Assembly (NCBI GenBank): GCA_043813605.1
Contig: JBDRKX010000023.1
Location: 1-45,394 of the forward strand
Source of the DNA: Elusimicrobiota bacterium
GTDB taxonomy: Bacteria; CG03; SLGR01; JBDRKX01
DNA: 45,394 bases
Direction: 5' to 3'
Every line of letters begins with the position of its first letter. Position 1 is the first letter of the stretch. The position numbers and the translations under genes were made by a program. The notes under the pieces were generated by a model that made no database searches, was not told the origin of the DNA, and saw only the letters and a list, made by a program, of their open reading frames with translations. Of this stretch, positions 16,779-30,436 are shown piece by piece.

Positions 16779-18452
16779 ATGCATTTTATGATGAGGAGAT
16801 CAACAAAGAGATTCCTTTTTTTTATCCTCATACTCACCGTATTTCCGGTATTTTTCCTGTTTTTTAAACACGTGCCGGACCATAACCTCAGAGCATGCAG
16901 AGACTTTTTCGAATATATTCCGGAAAAAGCAGGTAAAAAACAGCTGCTTGCCGTTATTTGTCTCGGAAATCCCGCAGATATATATGATAGAATACAGAAT
17001 ACCGGTTTCCATGGCGCACTCGTTAAGAGCCCGTTATGGAAACATGAGAAAACTGAAAAACTGCAGAAGCTTTCTTTGCCGGATGCGAAACCCGGGGTTA
17101 CATCCACTATTTTAAAAATCCTGAACAATAACATGCTCATTGCAGTATATGGCTCGGAGTATGATAAGCTTGAATATGCACTGATAACAAAAGTGAAAGG
17201 AGTTCCGGGAGTAAAAGCACTTGCAGGCAGTGTGATGGAATGGGAAAATACCGTCCAGGAGACATATAGGGATATACATATCAATTCTCTTGCTGAAAAT
17301 CTCTGTTTTTCTCTGTCCGGAAACCTGATAGTAGTTACTAGTTCCATTGAACTGCACAAAGCTGTAATTGACATGAAAACCGGATATGAAGATGCAGGGG
17401 ATATTAATTCAGGCTATCCGGAAGCAGCTGGAAAAATTGATGTTTCTGCAGATTGTTTCATATTTTTGTCAAACAGGGAACTGCATGCGGTATTATCCGG
17501 TGTTTTAAGGGAATTTACTGGTATCCATGTCGACTTCAGAGATCCCGGGTCACAAAAGACCTGTCATAACATATTGTTCGACAGGGGGCTTGTTATCAGG
17601 TCTTTGCTCCGCGATAGTACCGCCCGGAAACCTGAAGAAGATTCTGCTGCCCCTGTTTCAGTGGGATTTCTGCCTGGTCATATACTTATGGCGGGTATTA
17701 GCACCCGCTATGAACCGGAAGAATTATCTGACAGTTTGGAGAGAAGCGCATATGGTATATTAGGCTACCTGGACATAGATGTTAAGAAAGATGTAATTCC
17801 GGATCTGTCCGGCGGTGAAGCAGGCTATGCCATACTCGGACCATCCCGTGACATTGTGGGATCGGCCCTGCCCGGACTTATAATATTCGGCCAGGTAAAA
17901 AACCGGGAAAGTATCGACAGGTTAACAGGGGTCTTTAAGGATTCACTGAATTCAGATGTCAAAGAGATGGAATATTCAGGAACGAAATATCTGGTTGCCG
18001 AGATAGATCTTTTTATGGGGCAGAAAGCCGAGATATGTTTACTGTCTATGCAACTGAAAAAAAAGCAGTTTGTCGTTGTAGCGACATCCGGAAAAATTGT
18101 CCGGGATGTGATCGATCATGCATCCGGGAAAAAAGAAGGATTTATCAGGAGTCCCGAATGGCGTGAGATTTCAAGGTTCCTTCCGGACGAATTCTCAGTT
18201 TTTTCCTATGCGGATGTCAATGCGCTGTCCGGAACAGTCGGGCTGTTCATAGCGGCAATCAGCGGGAACAGCAGGCTGGAGGCTTTTCTTAAAACTGCAC
18301 CGTTTTCCTGGATCGGCCCGGCCGGGAGCGCCAGTATTTTTTCGGATGAGGAGATCGAAATCTATTCTTATTTCCCGGTACAGGATCTTAATCAGGATAG
18401 CTGGACAGTAATATTAGAGTCGCTTGAAGGACTGATAAAGAAGAATGAATAA
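16779..18452 (+). CDS. Membrane-anchored exported hypothetical protein (possibly DUF3352-like)
   Basis: 557-aa ORF with AGGAG RBS, N-terminal hydrophobic segment and repeated beta-strand/helix pattern; family call is tentative. Confidence 0.6.
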   Translation: MHFMMRRSTKRFLFFILILTVFPVFFLFFKHVPDHNLRACRDFFEYIPEKAGKKQLLAVICLGNPADIYDRIQNTGFHGALVKSPLWKHEKTEKLQKLSLPDAKPGVTSTILKILNNNMLIAVYGSEYDKLEYALITKVKGVPGVKALAGSVMEWENTVQETYRDIHINSLAENLCFSLSGNLIVVTSSIELHKAVIDMKTGYEDAGDINSGYPEAAGKIDVSADCFIFLSNRELHAVLSGVLREFTGIHVDFRDPGSQKTCHNILFDRGLVIRSLLRDSTARKPEEDSAAPVSVGFLPGHILMAGISTRYEPEELSDSLERSAYGILGYLDIDVKKDVIPDLSGGEAGYAILGPSRDIVGSALPGLIIFGQVKNRESIDRLTGVFKDSLNSDVKEMEYSGTKYLVAEIDLFMGQKAEICLLSMQLKKKQFVVVATSGKIVRDVIDHASGKKEGFIRSPEWREISRFLPDEFSVFSYADVNALSGTVGLFIAAISGNSRLEAFLKTAPFSWIGPAGSASIFSDEEIEIYSYFPVQDLNQDSWTVILESLEGLIKKNE

Positions 18453-19607
18453 ACATTGCCGGATGGGCATAATATCATACAGACTGTTTGCGGCACTGGT
18501 ATTCACAAATATTATCTGTTGTGCGGCGCCTGCGCCTTTGTTCTCATCCGGCAGGGTATCGGAAACGATTATTAAAGTCAACATACTGAGCGGCAAGTCC
18601 GAACTTAAAGTCGAATCGGAACAGGATTTTACTGCAGCAGACATATTTACGCTTGATACCCTCAAACTTGAAAAGGAAACCGGATATACAATAATGCCGG
18701 AAGCGGGCGGATTGAGTATATCAGGAAAAGTCTTTGGCAGTCAGGTCAGGATCATACCGGGGGAGAGCGGCAGTTTTATAAAACTTAACGGGAGGAGATA
18801 TCGGGATACTATAATAATAGTAAAAAACAGTGATGGGTTATCAGCGATAAACGAGCTCGGGGTAGACGGCTATCTTTTTGGTGTGCTTCCTGTTGAAGTA
18901 TCCCCAAAATGGCCTATTGAATCGCTTAAGGCCCAGGCAGTAGTATCAAGAACATATGTACTTAATAATCTGGGAAAATACTCAAAAAAAGGATATGATC
19001 TTTCTTCCGATATTTTTTCACAGATGTATAAGGGAGTAGATGTGGAGGATAGTGAATCGAACAGGGCCGTTATAGAAACAAAGGGAATCGTACTTGCATA
19101 CAAAAACGAACTGGCACTTGCCTATTTCCATTCCAGCTGCGGAGGGTATACTGCTGATGTGAAAGAAGTATGGGGCAATGCAATACCATATATGCGGGGC
19201 GTTACCTGTCCGTACTGCAAGGATTCTCCCAGGTATCACTGGGAGAAACATATATCCGGCGAATTTATAGGGGAAAGTCTTAGGGGAAAAGGATATGACA
19301 CTGGAGAAGTGAGCGGTATTAAATTCCTGTCAAGAACAGACTCAGGCAGGATCAAAGATATGTATGTTATCCATTCCGGAGGCAAGCTTCTTATTACCGG
19401 TCACCGTTTCAGGATGGCAATAGGCCCGGATATAATTAAGAGCGCGCTGATGGCTCTGGACAGGTCTAAGCCGGGGTTCTATTTCTATGGCCGCGGCTGG
19501 GGACATGGTGTCGGGATGTGTCAATGGGGAGCAAAAGGACTTGCTGAAAAAGGCAAGAATTACAAGTATATCCTGAAATTCTACTTTCCCGGCGCCCATG
19601 TAACAAA

Positions 19608-19620
<13 letters not shown>
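18445..19620 (+). CDS. SpoIID/LytB-domain protein (lytic transglycosylase family)
   Basis: YLFGVLPVEV, ESLKAQAVVSRTY, SQMYKG, FHSSCGG, GRGWGHGVGMCQWGA, ILKFYFPG. Confidence 0.92.
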
Positions 19621-22066
<2,446 letters not shown>

Positions 22067-22077
22067 AGGAATTTGAT

Positions 22078-22431
22078 ATGATTGAAACAGCATACGCAAT
22101 GGGCCCGCCGCCTGGCGGCGCCGGACAGGCAGGTTCTCCGCTCATGGGACTTCTGCCGTTCATACTTATTTTTTTCGTATTTTATTTTCTGCTTATAAGG
22201 CCGCAGAAAAAACAGATGCAGGACCAGCAGAAGATGATAAACAGCCTTCGCAAGGGAGATGAGATAGTGACTTCCGGCGGAATGCACGGGAAGGTCACTT
22301 CACTAAAAGGCAAACAGCTGGAAGTTGAAATAGCGGCAGGCACGCGGATAACGCTGAACAGGACCGCGGTATCGCAGGTTAAAACTCCTGAAACCGCTGC
22401 CGCGGATGAAAAAGAAGAAGAAAAGAACTGA
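22078..22431 (+). CDS. yajC: Preprotein translocase subunit YajC
   Basis: FYFLLIRPQKK, L.KGDEIVTSGGMHGKV; AAGGA RBS before ATG 22078. Confidence 0.95.
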   Translation: MIETAYAMGPPPGGAGQAGSPLMGLLPFILIFFVFYFLLIRPQKKQMQDQQKMINSLRKGDEIVTSGGMHGKVTSLKGKQLEVEIAAGTRITLNRTAVSQVKTPETAAADEKEEEKN

Positions 22432-22437
22432 TTAACG

Positions 22438-23793
22438 ATGAAAAGAAAGCTTCAATGGAAAATAACAATAACTGTACTTCTTGTCGCAGTATCGCTATGG
22501 CTGATGTACCCTACGGTAAAATGGTACAGCAAGTCATCCGATGAACAGCAGCTTCTCAGGAATTACAAGGATCCTAGCCTTGAAAAAATACTGAAGCTCG
22601 GATTGGATCTTCAGGGAGGCATGCACCTGATACTGGAGGTGGAGATAGACAAGATACCGGAGGAACTTGAAAAGACCGAAGCAATGAACCGGGCTCTTGA
22701 AATAATGAGGAACCGTGTCGATCAGATGGGTGTTTCAGAACCGCTTATCACCAGACAGGGTGACAGGTGGATAATAGTACAGCTTCCCGGTATAAGTAAT
22801 CCGCAGAGGGCTCTTGACCTCATAGGTATGACGGCTCTTCTGGAGTTCAGACTTGTAAACGAAGAAGAATCTGTGACAGAAATGGGTCAGGCCCCGGCCG
22901 GTTACGAAGTGCTCCATGACAGAGACGACCGGTCGTTTGTCGTAAAAAAGGAAGCGGAGTTAACCGGGGCCGCGCTTAAGACAGCCAACGTAAGAGCCGG
23001 TGAGGGTTTCAAAAGGCCGCATATAGCATTCAGCCTTAAAAGCGAAGCAGTAAAAAAATTCGAACGGGTAACGGAAATGAATGTGGACCGGCGGCTCGCT
23101 ATTGTTCTTGACAATGTAGTGCAGTCAGCTCCTGTGATCAAGTCAAGGATACCTAATGGAGAAGGTATTATTGAGGGCAATTTCTCTATGGAAACAGCAA
23201 GAGACCTTGCTATAATACTCAGGGCCGGTGCTCTGCCTGCTCCGGTACATATTATTGAAAACCGTACTATCGGACCTACACTGGGAAAAGATTCCATAAA
23301 GGCCGGTATATCAGCTATGATCGCAGGATTTATCATGGTTCTGGTTTTTATGTTCGTTTATTACCGTACAGCCGGGCTTATTGCGGATGTCGCTCTGTTA
23401 ATGAATATAATAATACTCATGGGGGTCATGGCTTATTTTCATTTTACACTGACACTTCCCGGTATAGCCGGTATTATATTGATTATAGGCATGGCTGTTG
23501 ATGCTAATGTACTGATCTTTGAGAGGATAAGGGAGGAGATCACAGCCGGTAAGACACCGAGGGTCGCGATAGACGCCGGGTACAGCAAAGCGACTACCAC
23601 TATACTTGATGCCAATGTTACTACTCTTATCGCGGCAGGGTTCCTTTTTCAATTCGGTACCGGCCCGATCAAGGGTTTTGCCGTAACGCTCTTTATCGGT
23701 ATTGTCGCATCATTATTTACGGCTATCATAGTTACAAAAACTATGTTCGAGGTACTTACGCAGGATAGGCAGATAAAGGAATTGAAGATATAA
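22438..23793 (+). CDS. secD: Protein translocase subunit SecD
   Basis: LGLDLQGG, RNRVD, IVQLPG, LRAGALPAP, IGPTLG, GMAVDANVLIFERIREE, GTGPIKGFA. Confidence 0.97.
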   Translation: MKRKLQWKITITVLLVAVSLWLMYPTVKWYSKSSDEQQLLRNYKDPSLEKILKLGLDLQGGMHLILEVEIDKIPEELEKTEAMNRALEIMRNRVDQMGVSEPLITRQGDRWIIVQLPGISNPQRALDLIGMTALLEFRLVNEEESVTEMGQAPAGYEVLHDRDDRSFVVKKEAELTGAALKTANVRAGEGFKRPHIAFSLKSEAVKKFERVTEMNVDRRLAIVLDNVVQSAPVIKSRIPNGEGIIEGNFSMETARDLAIILRAGALPAPVHIIENRTIGPTLGKDSIKAGISAMIAGFIMVLVFMFVYYRTAGLIADVALLMNIIILMGVMAYFHFTLTLPGIAGIILIIGMAVDANVLIFERIREEITAGKTPRVAIDAGYSKATTTILDANVTTLIAAGFLFQFGTGPIKGFAVTLFIGIVASLFTAIIVTKTMFEVLTQDRQIKELKI

Positions 23794-23794
23794 T

Positions 23795-24679
23795 ATGCAG
23801 TTTTTAAAAGATACAAAAATAGATTTTCTGGGGAAAAGAAACGCAGCTTTCATTGTTTCCAGTCTGCTTGTTGTTCTGTCACTGGTGTTCCTGTTTATAA
23901 AAGCTCCCAACTGGGGAATTGATTTTACCGGCGGCTCGCTTATCCATTTAAAGTTTGAGGGACCGATGCCGACAAAAACATTGAGGGATATCCTTTCAAC
24001 CGGCGGCATTGAAGAAATAAGCATCCAGCAGTTCCGCAATACGAAGGTCGTGATTTTAAGGATCAAAAAAGCATATGGAGAAAGCGAGATCGTTGATAAG
24101 GTCCAGGCTGCACTTGAAAAGGGCGCTCCCGAACTGAAATACGAGGTACTCCGCAATGAGATGGTCGGTCCCGCTGTAGGATCATATCTCAGGGAGAAGG
24201 CGGTTAAGGCGTTTCTTTTTGCTTTTGTCGGAATGATAATATACATAGCCTGGCGTTTCAAGGGCGGCATATGGGGATTCGCAGCTGTTCTTGCTCTTGT
24301 TCATGATGTGATCATAACTTTTGGTATTCTCAATTACATGGGTATAACTATCGATCTGCCGGTAATAGCGGCATTACTTACGCTGGCTGGATATTCGATC
24401 AATGATTCGATAGTTATATATGACCGCATAAGAGAAAATATGCGGATACATTATAAAAAACGTATTGGAGAAATAATCAATCTGAGTATAAACTCGACAC
24501 TTTCAAGGACCATGATAACTTCAGGCACAACGATCGCCGTTGTAATAGCTCTTTTCTTAAAGGGCGGAGAAGTGCTTCATGGTTTTTCCACTGCATTGAT
24601 GTTCGGCATTGTCATAGGAACATATTCCTCCGTTTTCGTCGCTGCACCTCTTGTATATGTCTGGCAGAATAAAAAGTAA
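23795..24679 (+). CDS. secF: Protein translocase subunit SecF
   Basis: GIDFTGG, VGPAVG, HD, GYSINDSIVIYDRIRE, GTYSS. Confidence 0.97.
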   Translation: MQFLKDTKIDFLGKRNAAFIVSSLLVVLSLVFLFIKAPNWGIDFTGGSLIHLKFEGPMPTKTLRDILSTGGIEEISIQQFRNTKVVILRIKKAYGESEIVDKVQAALEKGAPELKYEVLRNEMVGPAVGSYLREKAVKAFLFAFVGMIIYIAWRFKGGIWGFAAVLALVHDVIITFGILNYMGITIDLPVIAALLTLAGYSINDSIVIYDRIRENMRIHYKKRIGEIINLSINSTLSRTMITSGTTIAVVIALFLKGGEVLHGFSTALMFGIVIGTYSSVFVAAPLVYVWQNKK

Positions 24680-24698
24680 ATCTCCCTGACCGTTCGGA

Positions 24699-25301
24699 AT
24701 GAATAAAATAAGGGGTTTCAAGATAAGACTGAGAAAAAGAGAAATTCTCAGGACTCTTAAGTATGATTCAAGGTATACTGTTCTGGATCCGGGAACGGAA
24801 AACCTTATCCAGTCTACGATCGAAAGAGCATATGAGTTGATCTGTCCCTGTGCTGTATATAAAACTTTTGCGGTCGCCACTGAAGATTTCTCAGTTGTAA
24901 AGGATGATATAACTCTGGGTTCCATCCGGGTGCAGAAGATGCTTCGAAAAGCTCCGGCTTTTTCGCTGATGGCTGTTACGATCGGCGATGAACTTGAGAG
25001 TGAAGTAGACAGAATAAAAAAGGATAATATGACAGAAGCATATATTCTTGACGCTGCCGGTTCCGAAGCCGCTGAACAGTCAGTGAATTTTGTATCAAAA
25101 ATGCTTACGGAAGAAGCAATAAAAAGCGAATGTCACCTTAGCGACAGATATTCTCCGGGATACGGAGATTGGCCGCTTGAAGCTTCAAAAAGGATACTGA
25201 AATACCTGGACAAAGAAAAAATAGATATACATCTTTCTGATTCAGGGATAATGAGACCAAGGAAATCAATCACTGCATTACAGGTATGGATAACAGGATG
25301 A
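24699..25301 (+). CDS. Stand-alone B12 methionine synthase reactivation (AdoMet-binding) domain protein
   Basis: AVTIG..LE, DAAGSEAAE, RYSPGYGDWPL, M.PRKSITA; abuts the MetH core gene. Confidence 0.85.
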   Translation: MNKIRGFKIRLRKREILRTLKYDSRYTVLDPGTENLIQSTIERAYELICPCAVYKTFAVATEDFSVVKDDITLGSIRVQKMLRKAPAFSLMAVTIGDELESEVDRIKKDNMTEAYILDAAGSEAAEQSVNFVSKMLTEEAIKSECHLSDRYSPGYGDWPLEASKRILKYLDKEKIDIHLSDSGIMRPRKSITALQVWITG

Positions 25302-27592
25302 ATAAAATAGTATTTCTTGACGGGGCGATGGGAACTACGCTTTCCGCGCGGGGCGCTGATGCTACTCCGATATCCAATATCGAAGCTCCTGAGACGGTAA
25401 AAACGATCCTGAAAGAATATATTGATGCCGGCGCTGATATCATCGAAACCAACACATTTTCAGCTACATCGCTGAAATTCGATAATTTTGAAGAGATAAA
25501 CCGTCGGGGCGTGCGGCTTGCCAGGGAAGCCGTAGAAGAAACCGGCAAAAAGGGAGTGAAGATAGCGGGTTCTGCAGGGGCGACCGGTCTTATGGTAGAG
25601 CCGTTAGGTAAACTCGGTTTTGAAGAAGCTGTCGGTATTTTCAGCGAACAGTTCAGTATATTCAGGGAAGAGGGCGTCGATCTATTTATCATAGAGACGA
25701 TGGACGATATATCCGAGATGAGAGCTGCCCTCATAGCAGCCCGCGCAACCGCTCCTGAAATACCTGTAATAGCTACTATGACTTTTGCCTCGGAAACTCA
25801 TACTTCGACAGGTACGCCGGCGGAAGCAGCAGCAGCTGTAATGGATTATATGGGCGCGTCTGTAGTAGGAATAAACTGCTCATTCGGGCCTGAGACCATG
25901 CTGGAAACAGTAAGCAGGATGCGCAGGGTTACCGGGAAACCTATTATAGTACAGGCAAACGCCGGATTACCCGGGATCCGCAATGGGGAGACTGTGTATC
26001 ATCTGGACCCGGCGGAATATGCAAAACATGTAAAAAAACTGATAGATGCCGGTGCTTCCTATGTAGGCGGATGCTGCGGTACGACTCCCGGGCATATCAG
26101 GCGCCTTGTAAAGGAATTCAGCCGTACAGTTCCCCGTCGTGCGCCGGAAAAAGTACCTCTTATTATCACATCGAGGTCCGGATGGGCTGAATTTGAAAGA
26201 GGCGGTATTCCTGTTGTAATAGGTGAGCGGATCAATTTTATAGCCCATAGGGAACTTGCAGATTCCGAAGACAAAGTCGTAGCCGAGGGTTTGAAACAGA
26301 AAAAAGCCGGGGCTGATGCGCTTGATATCAATCTGGGGCCCATGGAAGAAAAAACATGGGATACAGTAAACGCTGTCAGTAAGCGTGTCGATCTGCCGAT
26401 AGTACTTGATTCCCAAAATCCTGAAGAAGTTGAAAAAACAGCAAGAAAATATCCCGGAATAATGTTATTAAATTCAGTATCGGGAGAAAACAGGAAAATG
26501 GATGAACTGCTCCCTGTTGTAAAAAAATACGGGATCCCTTTTGTCGCTCTGTGCCTCGATGATAAAGGAGTACCGAAGAGTATAAAGGGAAAACTTCAGG
26601 TCTACCGGAATATTCTTAAGCGGGCCGGGAGAGAAGGTATAAATACGGATAGAATAATTGTTGATCCATTGACACTGGCTGTATCATCTGATCCTGCTGC
26701 TCCGAAAAAGACTCTCAAAGCCATTAAAGGTATTTCTCATAACACGATTTTGGGCATAAGCAATATTTCCATGGGTATGCCGCAGAGATCTCTGCTCAAC
26801 GAGATATTCAGTGTTATGGCCGTAGAGGCGGGCTGTTCCGCTTTTATTGTTAATCCGCTTGATACTGACCTTATGTATGCGCTCTATGCGGCGGCGCTGC
26901 TTTCGGGCCGGGAGAAAAAGACCTCCAGGTATGTCAGGTATTTTTCTACAAGTACCGAGTCTTTTTCTTTTGAAAGCCCGTTATCTCAGGCTATTCTTGA
27001 AGGCGAACACAAGAGAGCCGCAGATGAGGCTAAAAAGATGCTGAAAAAGCAGAATGCGCTTAAAATAATAGACGGGCATGTACTGCCGGCCCTGAACAGG
27101 GTCGGGGAAGATTTTAGACTGAAAAAGATATTTCTGCCTCAGTTGATCGAATCTGCCCGGGCTGCCCAGTCTGCAATGCAATTGATTGAAGAAAAACTTC
27201 AGAATGAAGGAAGGGAGGTCTTCAGGCGCGCAAGGATACTTGTTGCGACGGTAAAGGGAGACATACACGATATCGGCAAGAACCTGATAGCGCTGGTACT
27301 CAAGAATCATTCATTCGAAATACGTGATATCGGTGTCGATGTGGAATCTGAAAAAATAGTTGATGAAGCCTGTAAATGGAAGGCGGATATAATAGCTCTT
27401 TCTTCGCTGATGACTACAACCATGGAAAGGATGAAAGAGGTATCGGACATACTTAAAGAACGGGGAAAAGACATACCCGTAATGATAGGCGGAGCGGCAA
27501 TAACCAGTGACTACGCGGATAGTATCGGAGCTTATTACGGTAGAGATGCAGTTGAGGCTGTGAAGATAGCAGGTGAGCTTGCCGGCAAATGA
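25286..27592 (+). CDS. metH: Cobalamin-dependent methionine synthase core (Hcy, pterin and B12 domains; no activation domain); start may be 25298
   Basis: LDGAMGT, ETNTF, GINCSFGP, GGCCGTTP, IGERIN, B12-binding DIHDIGKN. Confidence 0.88.
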   Translation: MDNRMNKIVFLDGAMGTTLSARGADATPISNIEAPETVKTILKEYIDAGADIIETNTFSATSLKFDNFEEINRRGVRLAREAVEETGKKGVKIAGSAGATGLMVEPLGKLGFEEAVGIFSEQFSIFREEGVDLFIIETMDDISEMRAALIAARATAPEIPVIATMTFASETHTSTGTPAEAAAAVMDYMGASVVGINCSFGPETMLETVSRMRRVTGKPIIVQANAGLPGIRNGETVYHLDPAEYAKHVKKLIDAGASYVGGCCGTTPGHIRRLVKEFSRTVPRRAPEKVPLIITSRSGWAEFERGGIPVVIGERINFIAHRELADSEDKVVAEGLKQKKAGADALDINLGPMEEKTWDTVNAVSKRVDLPIVLDSQNPEEVEKTARKYPGIMLLNSVSGENRKMDELLPVVKKYGIPFVALCLDDKGVPKSIKGKLQVYRNILKRAGREGINTDRIIVDPLTLAVSSDPAAPKKTLKAIKGISHNTILGISNISMGMPQRSLLNEIFSVMAVEAGCSAFIVNPLDTDLMYALYAAALLSGREKKTSRYVRYFSTSTESFSFESPLSQAILEGEHKRAADEAKKMLKKQNALKIIDGHVLPALNRVGEDFRLKKIFLPQLIESARAAQSAMQLIEEKLQNEGREVFRRARILVATVKGDIHDIGKNLIALVLKNHSFEIRDIGVDVESEKIVDEACKWKADIIALSSLMTTTMERMKEVSDILKERGKDIPVMIGGAAITSDYADSIGAYYGRDAVEAVKIAGELAGK

Positions 27593-28212
27593 GAGCTTAT
27601 TTTCTTTCTGTACTTTTCACCCTGTACATAAGGCTGGTCGGGTGGACAACCCGTATTACATATATAGGTGAAGAGAACCTGCCCGGGAAACCCTATCTTT
27701 ATGCGTTCTGGCACCGGTATATTCTGTTCGTATCATATACTCACCGCGGCCGGGCGGTCAGGGTACTTGCATCGACTTCAAAAGACGGCGATGTGTCTGC
27801 AAGGACGAACAGTCGGTTCGGCCATAGAATACTAAGAGGAACCGCTTCATCATCAAGGGAAGGCGCCCGGACAGCGCTCAAGATAATAAGCTGCCTTAAA
27901 CAGGGAAATGTCGTGGCGGTGACTCCCGATGGTCCGAAGGGCCCTCGATTTGTGGCAAAGAAAGGGACATGCTACCTGGCTCAGAAAGCGGGTTGTCCTA
28001 TTGTCCCTATAGCGTGGTCTTCCAAAAGAAAAAAAATACTCAATACATGGGACAGGACAATCCTTCCGCTGCCTTTCTCCCGCGCTGTCATTATGACTGG
28101 AAAACCCGTTTATGTCGGACCGGCAGAAGATATTGAGTCTTCTTCCCGAAACCTGGAAGCGGTCCTGAACAAGCTCGGTACTGTAGTGGAAAAACTGGTT
28201 TCTGAATTGTGA
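27589..28212 (+). CDS. Lysophospholipid acyltransferase-family protein (DUF374-like)
   Basis: YAFWH, S.SKDGD, TPDGPKGP, WDRTILPLPFS; typical position before waaA. Confidence 0.82.
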   Translation: MRAYFLSVLFTLYIRLVGWTTRITYIGEENLPGKPYLYAFWHRYILFVSYTHRGRAVRVLASTSKDGDVSARTNSRFGHRILRGTASSSREGARTALKIISCLKQGNVVAVTPDGPKGPRFVAKKGTCYLAQKAGCPIVPIAWSSKRKKILNTWDRTILPLPFSRAVIMTGKPVYVGPAEDIESSSRNLEAVLNKLGTVVEKLVSEL

Positions 28213-29450
28213 TATACTTTTACCAGTTTGCCATTACGATCGTTATTATCCTGTTCCTGCCTTTTTTTACATTGTGGATATATTTCAGGAAAGGCGCGAT
28301 GACGGGCCTGTCAGAAAGATTCACTATATATAATCCTTCGCTGAAAATAAAACTAAAGGAAAAATACACGTTCTGGGTTCATGCGGCAAGTGTCGGTGAA
28401 GTGAAACTGCTCGGAGCCATACCTGAATTTCCGGCGGAAAAGACACTTATAACATGCACGACAGTAAGCGGTAAAAAACTTGCCTGCGAGCTGTTTCCGC
28501 GTATCACGGCTGTTCTGATGCCTCTGGATTTTATTTTCCTGATAAGAAGACTGCTTTACATGATAAAACCGGAAAAAGTGATCATATTTGAAACGGAACT
28601 CTGGCCGGGCTTTATTTATGCTCTGAAGGATTCAGATACTATCCTGGTTAATGCGAGGTTGTCCAAAACAAGATTGCCTGTATATCTTCTATTTAAAAAA
28701 TACTTTTTGAAAATACTTATGTGGATAAATACCATATACGCGAGTGACAAAGATAACTATGACAGGTTCAGGCAGATCGGCGTTCCCGGCCGGCGCCTTA
28801 AAATACTTGAAAACCTGAAATACTGTTATGATAAGCCGGATATAGAGGGTGACAAAAGACTTGAAAAACCGGAACACCGGGTAATTGTCTGCGGTTCAAC
28901 GCGGATAGGCGAAGAAGAGCCTCTGATAGCTGTATATGAACGTTTGAAAAAAAAATATAACGGTCTCAGTCTTGTCATATCTCCCAGGCACCTTAAAAGA
29001 ACAGAAGAAGTGAAAGATCTAATAAATGCAAAGGGACTAGTATGTACTATGTGGAGCGGCAAAACCGGTAAACTCGAACCCGGTGAAACGGTACTTGTTG
29101 ACACAATGGGAGAATTGCCGAAAATATATTCTCTCTCAACAGTCTCATTTGTCGGCGGCAGCCTGGTCCCTGTAGGCGGCCACAATGTAATAGAAGCCGC
29201 GGTATGGGGCGTACCGGTTGTTATCGGCCGGCATTTCTGGAATTTCACATCGATTGTAACGCTTTTCAGAGAAAAAGCCGGATTAAAAGTGGCTGCTGAC
29301 CGTGATGATCTGTATAATATCCTGGATAATATTCTTGAGAATAATGATATCAGGCAGAGTATGGGCCGCAGTAATGCAGTTTTAGCAAAAAATATGAAAC
29401 AGCAAACAGAAGAAAAACTGAAAAATATGATCCGGCAGGTCAAGCAGTGA
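28209..29450 (+). CDS. waaA: 3-deoxy-D-manno-octulosonic acid (Kdo) transferase
   Basis: WVHAASVGEV, PLD, ETELWP, NARLS, GSTR.GEE, PRH, DTMGEL, FVGGSL..GGHN..E. Confidence 0.94.
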   Translation: MIYFYQFAITIVIILFLPFFTLWIYFRKGAMTGLSERFTIYNPSLKIKLKEKYTFWVHAASVGEVKLLGAIPEFPAEKTLITCTTVSGKKLACELFPRITAVLMPLDFIFLIRRLLYMIKPEKVIIFETELWPGFIYALKDSDTILVNARLSKTRLPVYLLFKKYFLKILMWINTIYASDKDNYDRFRQIGVPGRRLKILENLKYCYDKPDIEGDKRLEKPEHRVIVCGSTRIGEEEPLIAVYERLKKKYNGLSLVISPRHLKRTEEVKDLINAKGLVCTMWSGKTGKLEPGETVLVDTMGELPKIYSLSTVSFVGGSLVPVGGHNVIEAAVWGVPVVIGRHFWNFTSIVTLFREKAGLKVAADRDDLYNILDNILENNDIRQSMGRSNAVLAKNMKQQTEEKLKNMIRQVKQ

Positions 29451-30427
29451 ATATACTCATTATCAGATATTCTTCCCTTGGAGACGTAATACTCACTATT
29501 GCTGCGGCAAAAAATATCAAAGCGGACAGTATGGATAATAATGTCGATATACTCACAAAGGAGGAATATGTTCCTATTCTGCGGAATAACAGGTATATTG
29601 ATAATGTCATCACGGGTATTTCCTGGAAGAAGAAGTATGATTATGTGGTTGACCTGCATAACAGCATAAGATCGAATATCGTAAAACATCTCATAAGGAC
29701 TAAAAGAATACTGACATATAACAAGGCCTCCTATGCCCGGCGTCTTTACGTGCGCACCGGCCGCAGAAGCGCTGAACTGGATGAAACGGTTATTGACAGG
29801 TACTTACATCCGTTGAAAGAAATAGGTATGGAAGCAGATTATACTGCTCCCGAAATCGGCCTTGGCGAGGAAGAACTTGAAGCTGCCGGCAGAATGGTAT
29901 CTGATACCGATTATATTGCATTGTGCCCGGGCGCGAAATGGAAGACCAAAGAGTGGCTTGCCGAGAACTATATTGCACTTGCCGTAAAAATAATCAGAGA
30001 CCTTGACATGAATATAGCGCTTCTGGGCAGTAATGATGACACGGGACTCTCGAATGAGATATATAAAGGGGTAGGAGTACTTAAAAAGCACATAACGGAT
30101 ATGACGGGAAAGACCGGACTCAGGGAACTTGCATGTCTGATAAAAAAATCCAGGCTTCTGGTTACAACTGATTCCGGGCCGATGCATCTGGGTTGGGCAG
30201 TCGGTACCAGGACTATAGCGCTTTTCGGGCCTACTGTTAAAGAGTTCGGTTTTCAGCCTGTTGATCCCGGGATCAGTATAATAGATAAAGACATGGAGTG
30301 CCGGCCCTGCAGTCTTCACGGATCGAATAAATGCAAATTCAAGGATCATGCGTGTATGCGGAGGATCGAAGTGTATGAAGTAATGGACAAGATCAAAAAG
30401 GCGCTCCGGATGCAGAAAACAGGCTGA
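29447..30427 (+). CDS. GT9 LPS heptosyltransferase
   Basis: IRYSSLGDVIL, DLH, PGAKWKTKEW, DSGPMH, ALFGPT, CRPCSLHG. Confidence 0.9.
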   Translation: MNILIIRYSSLGDVILTIAAAKNIKADSMDNNVDILTKEEYVPILRNNRYIDNVITGISWKKKYDYVVDLHNSIRSNIVKHLIRTKRILTYNKASYARRLYVRTGRRSAELDETVIDRYLHPLKEIGMEADYTAPEIGLGEEELEAAGRMVSDTDYIALCPGAKWKTKEWLAENYIALAVKIIRDLDMNIALLGSNDDTGLSNEIYKGVGVLKKHITDMTGKTGLRELACLIKKSRLLVTTDSGPMHLGWAVGTRTIALFGPTVKEFGFQPVDPGISIIDKDMECRPCSLHGSNKCKFKDHACMRRIEVYEVMDKIKKALRMQKTG

Positions 30428-30436
30428 TCGGGGAGA

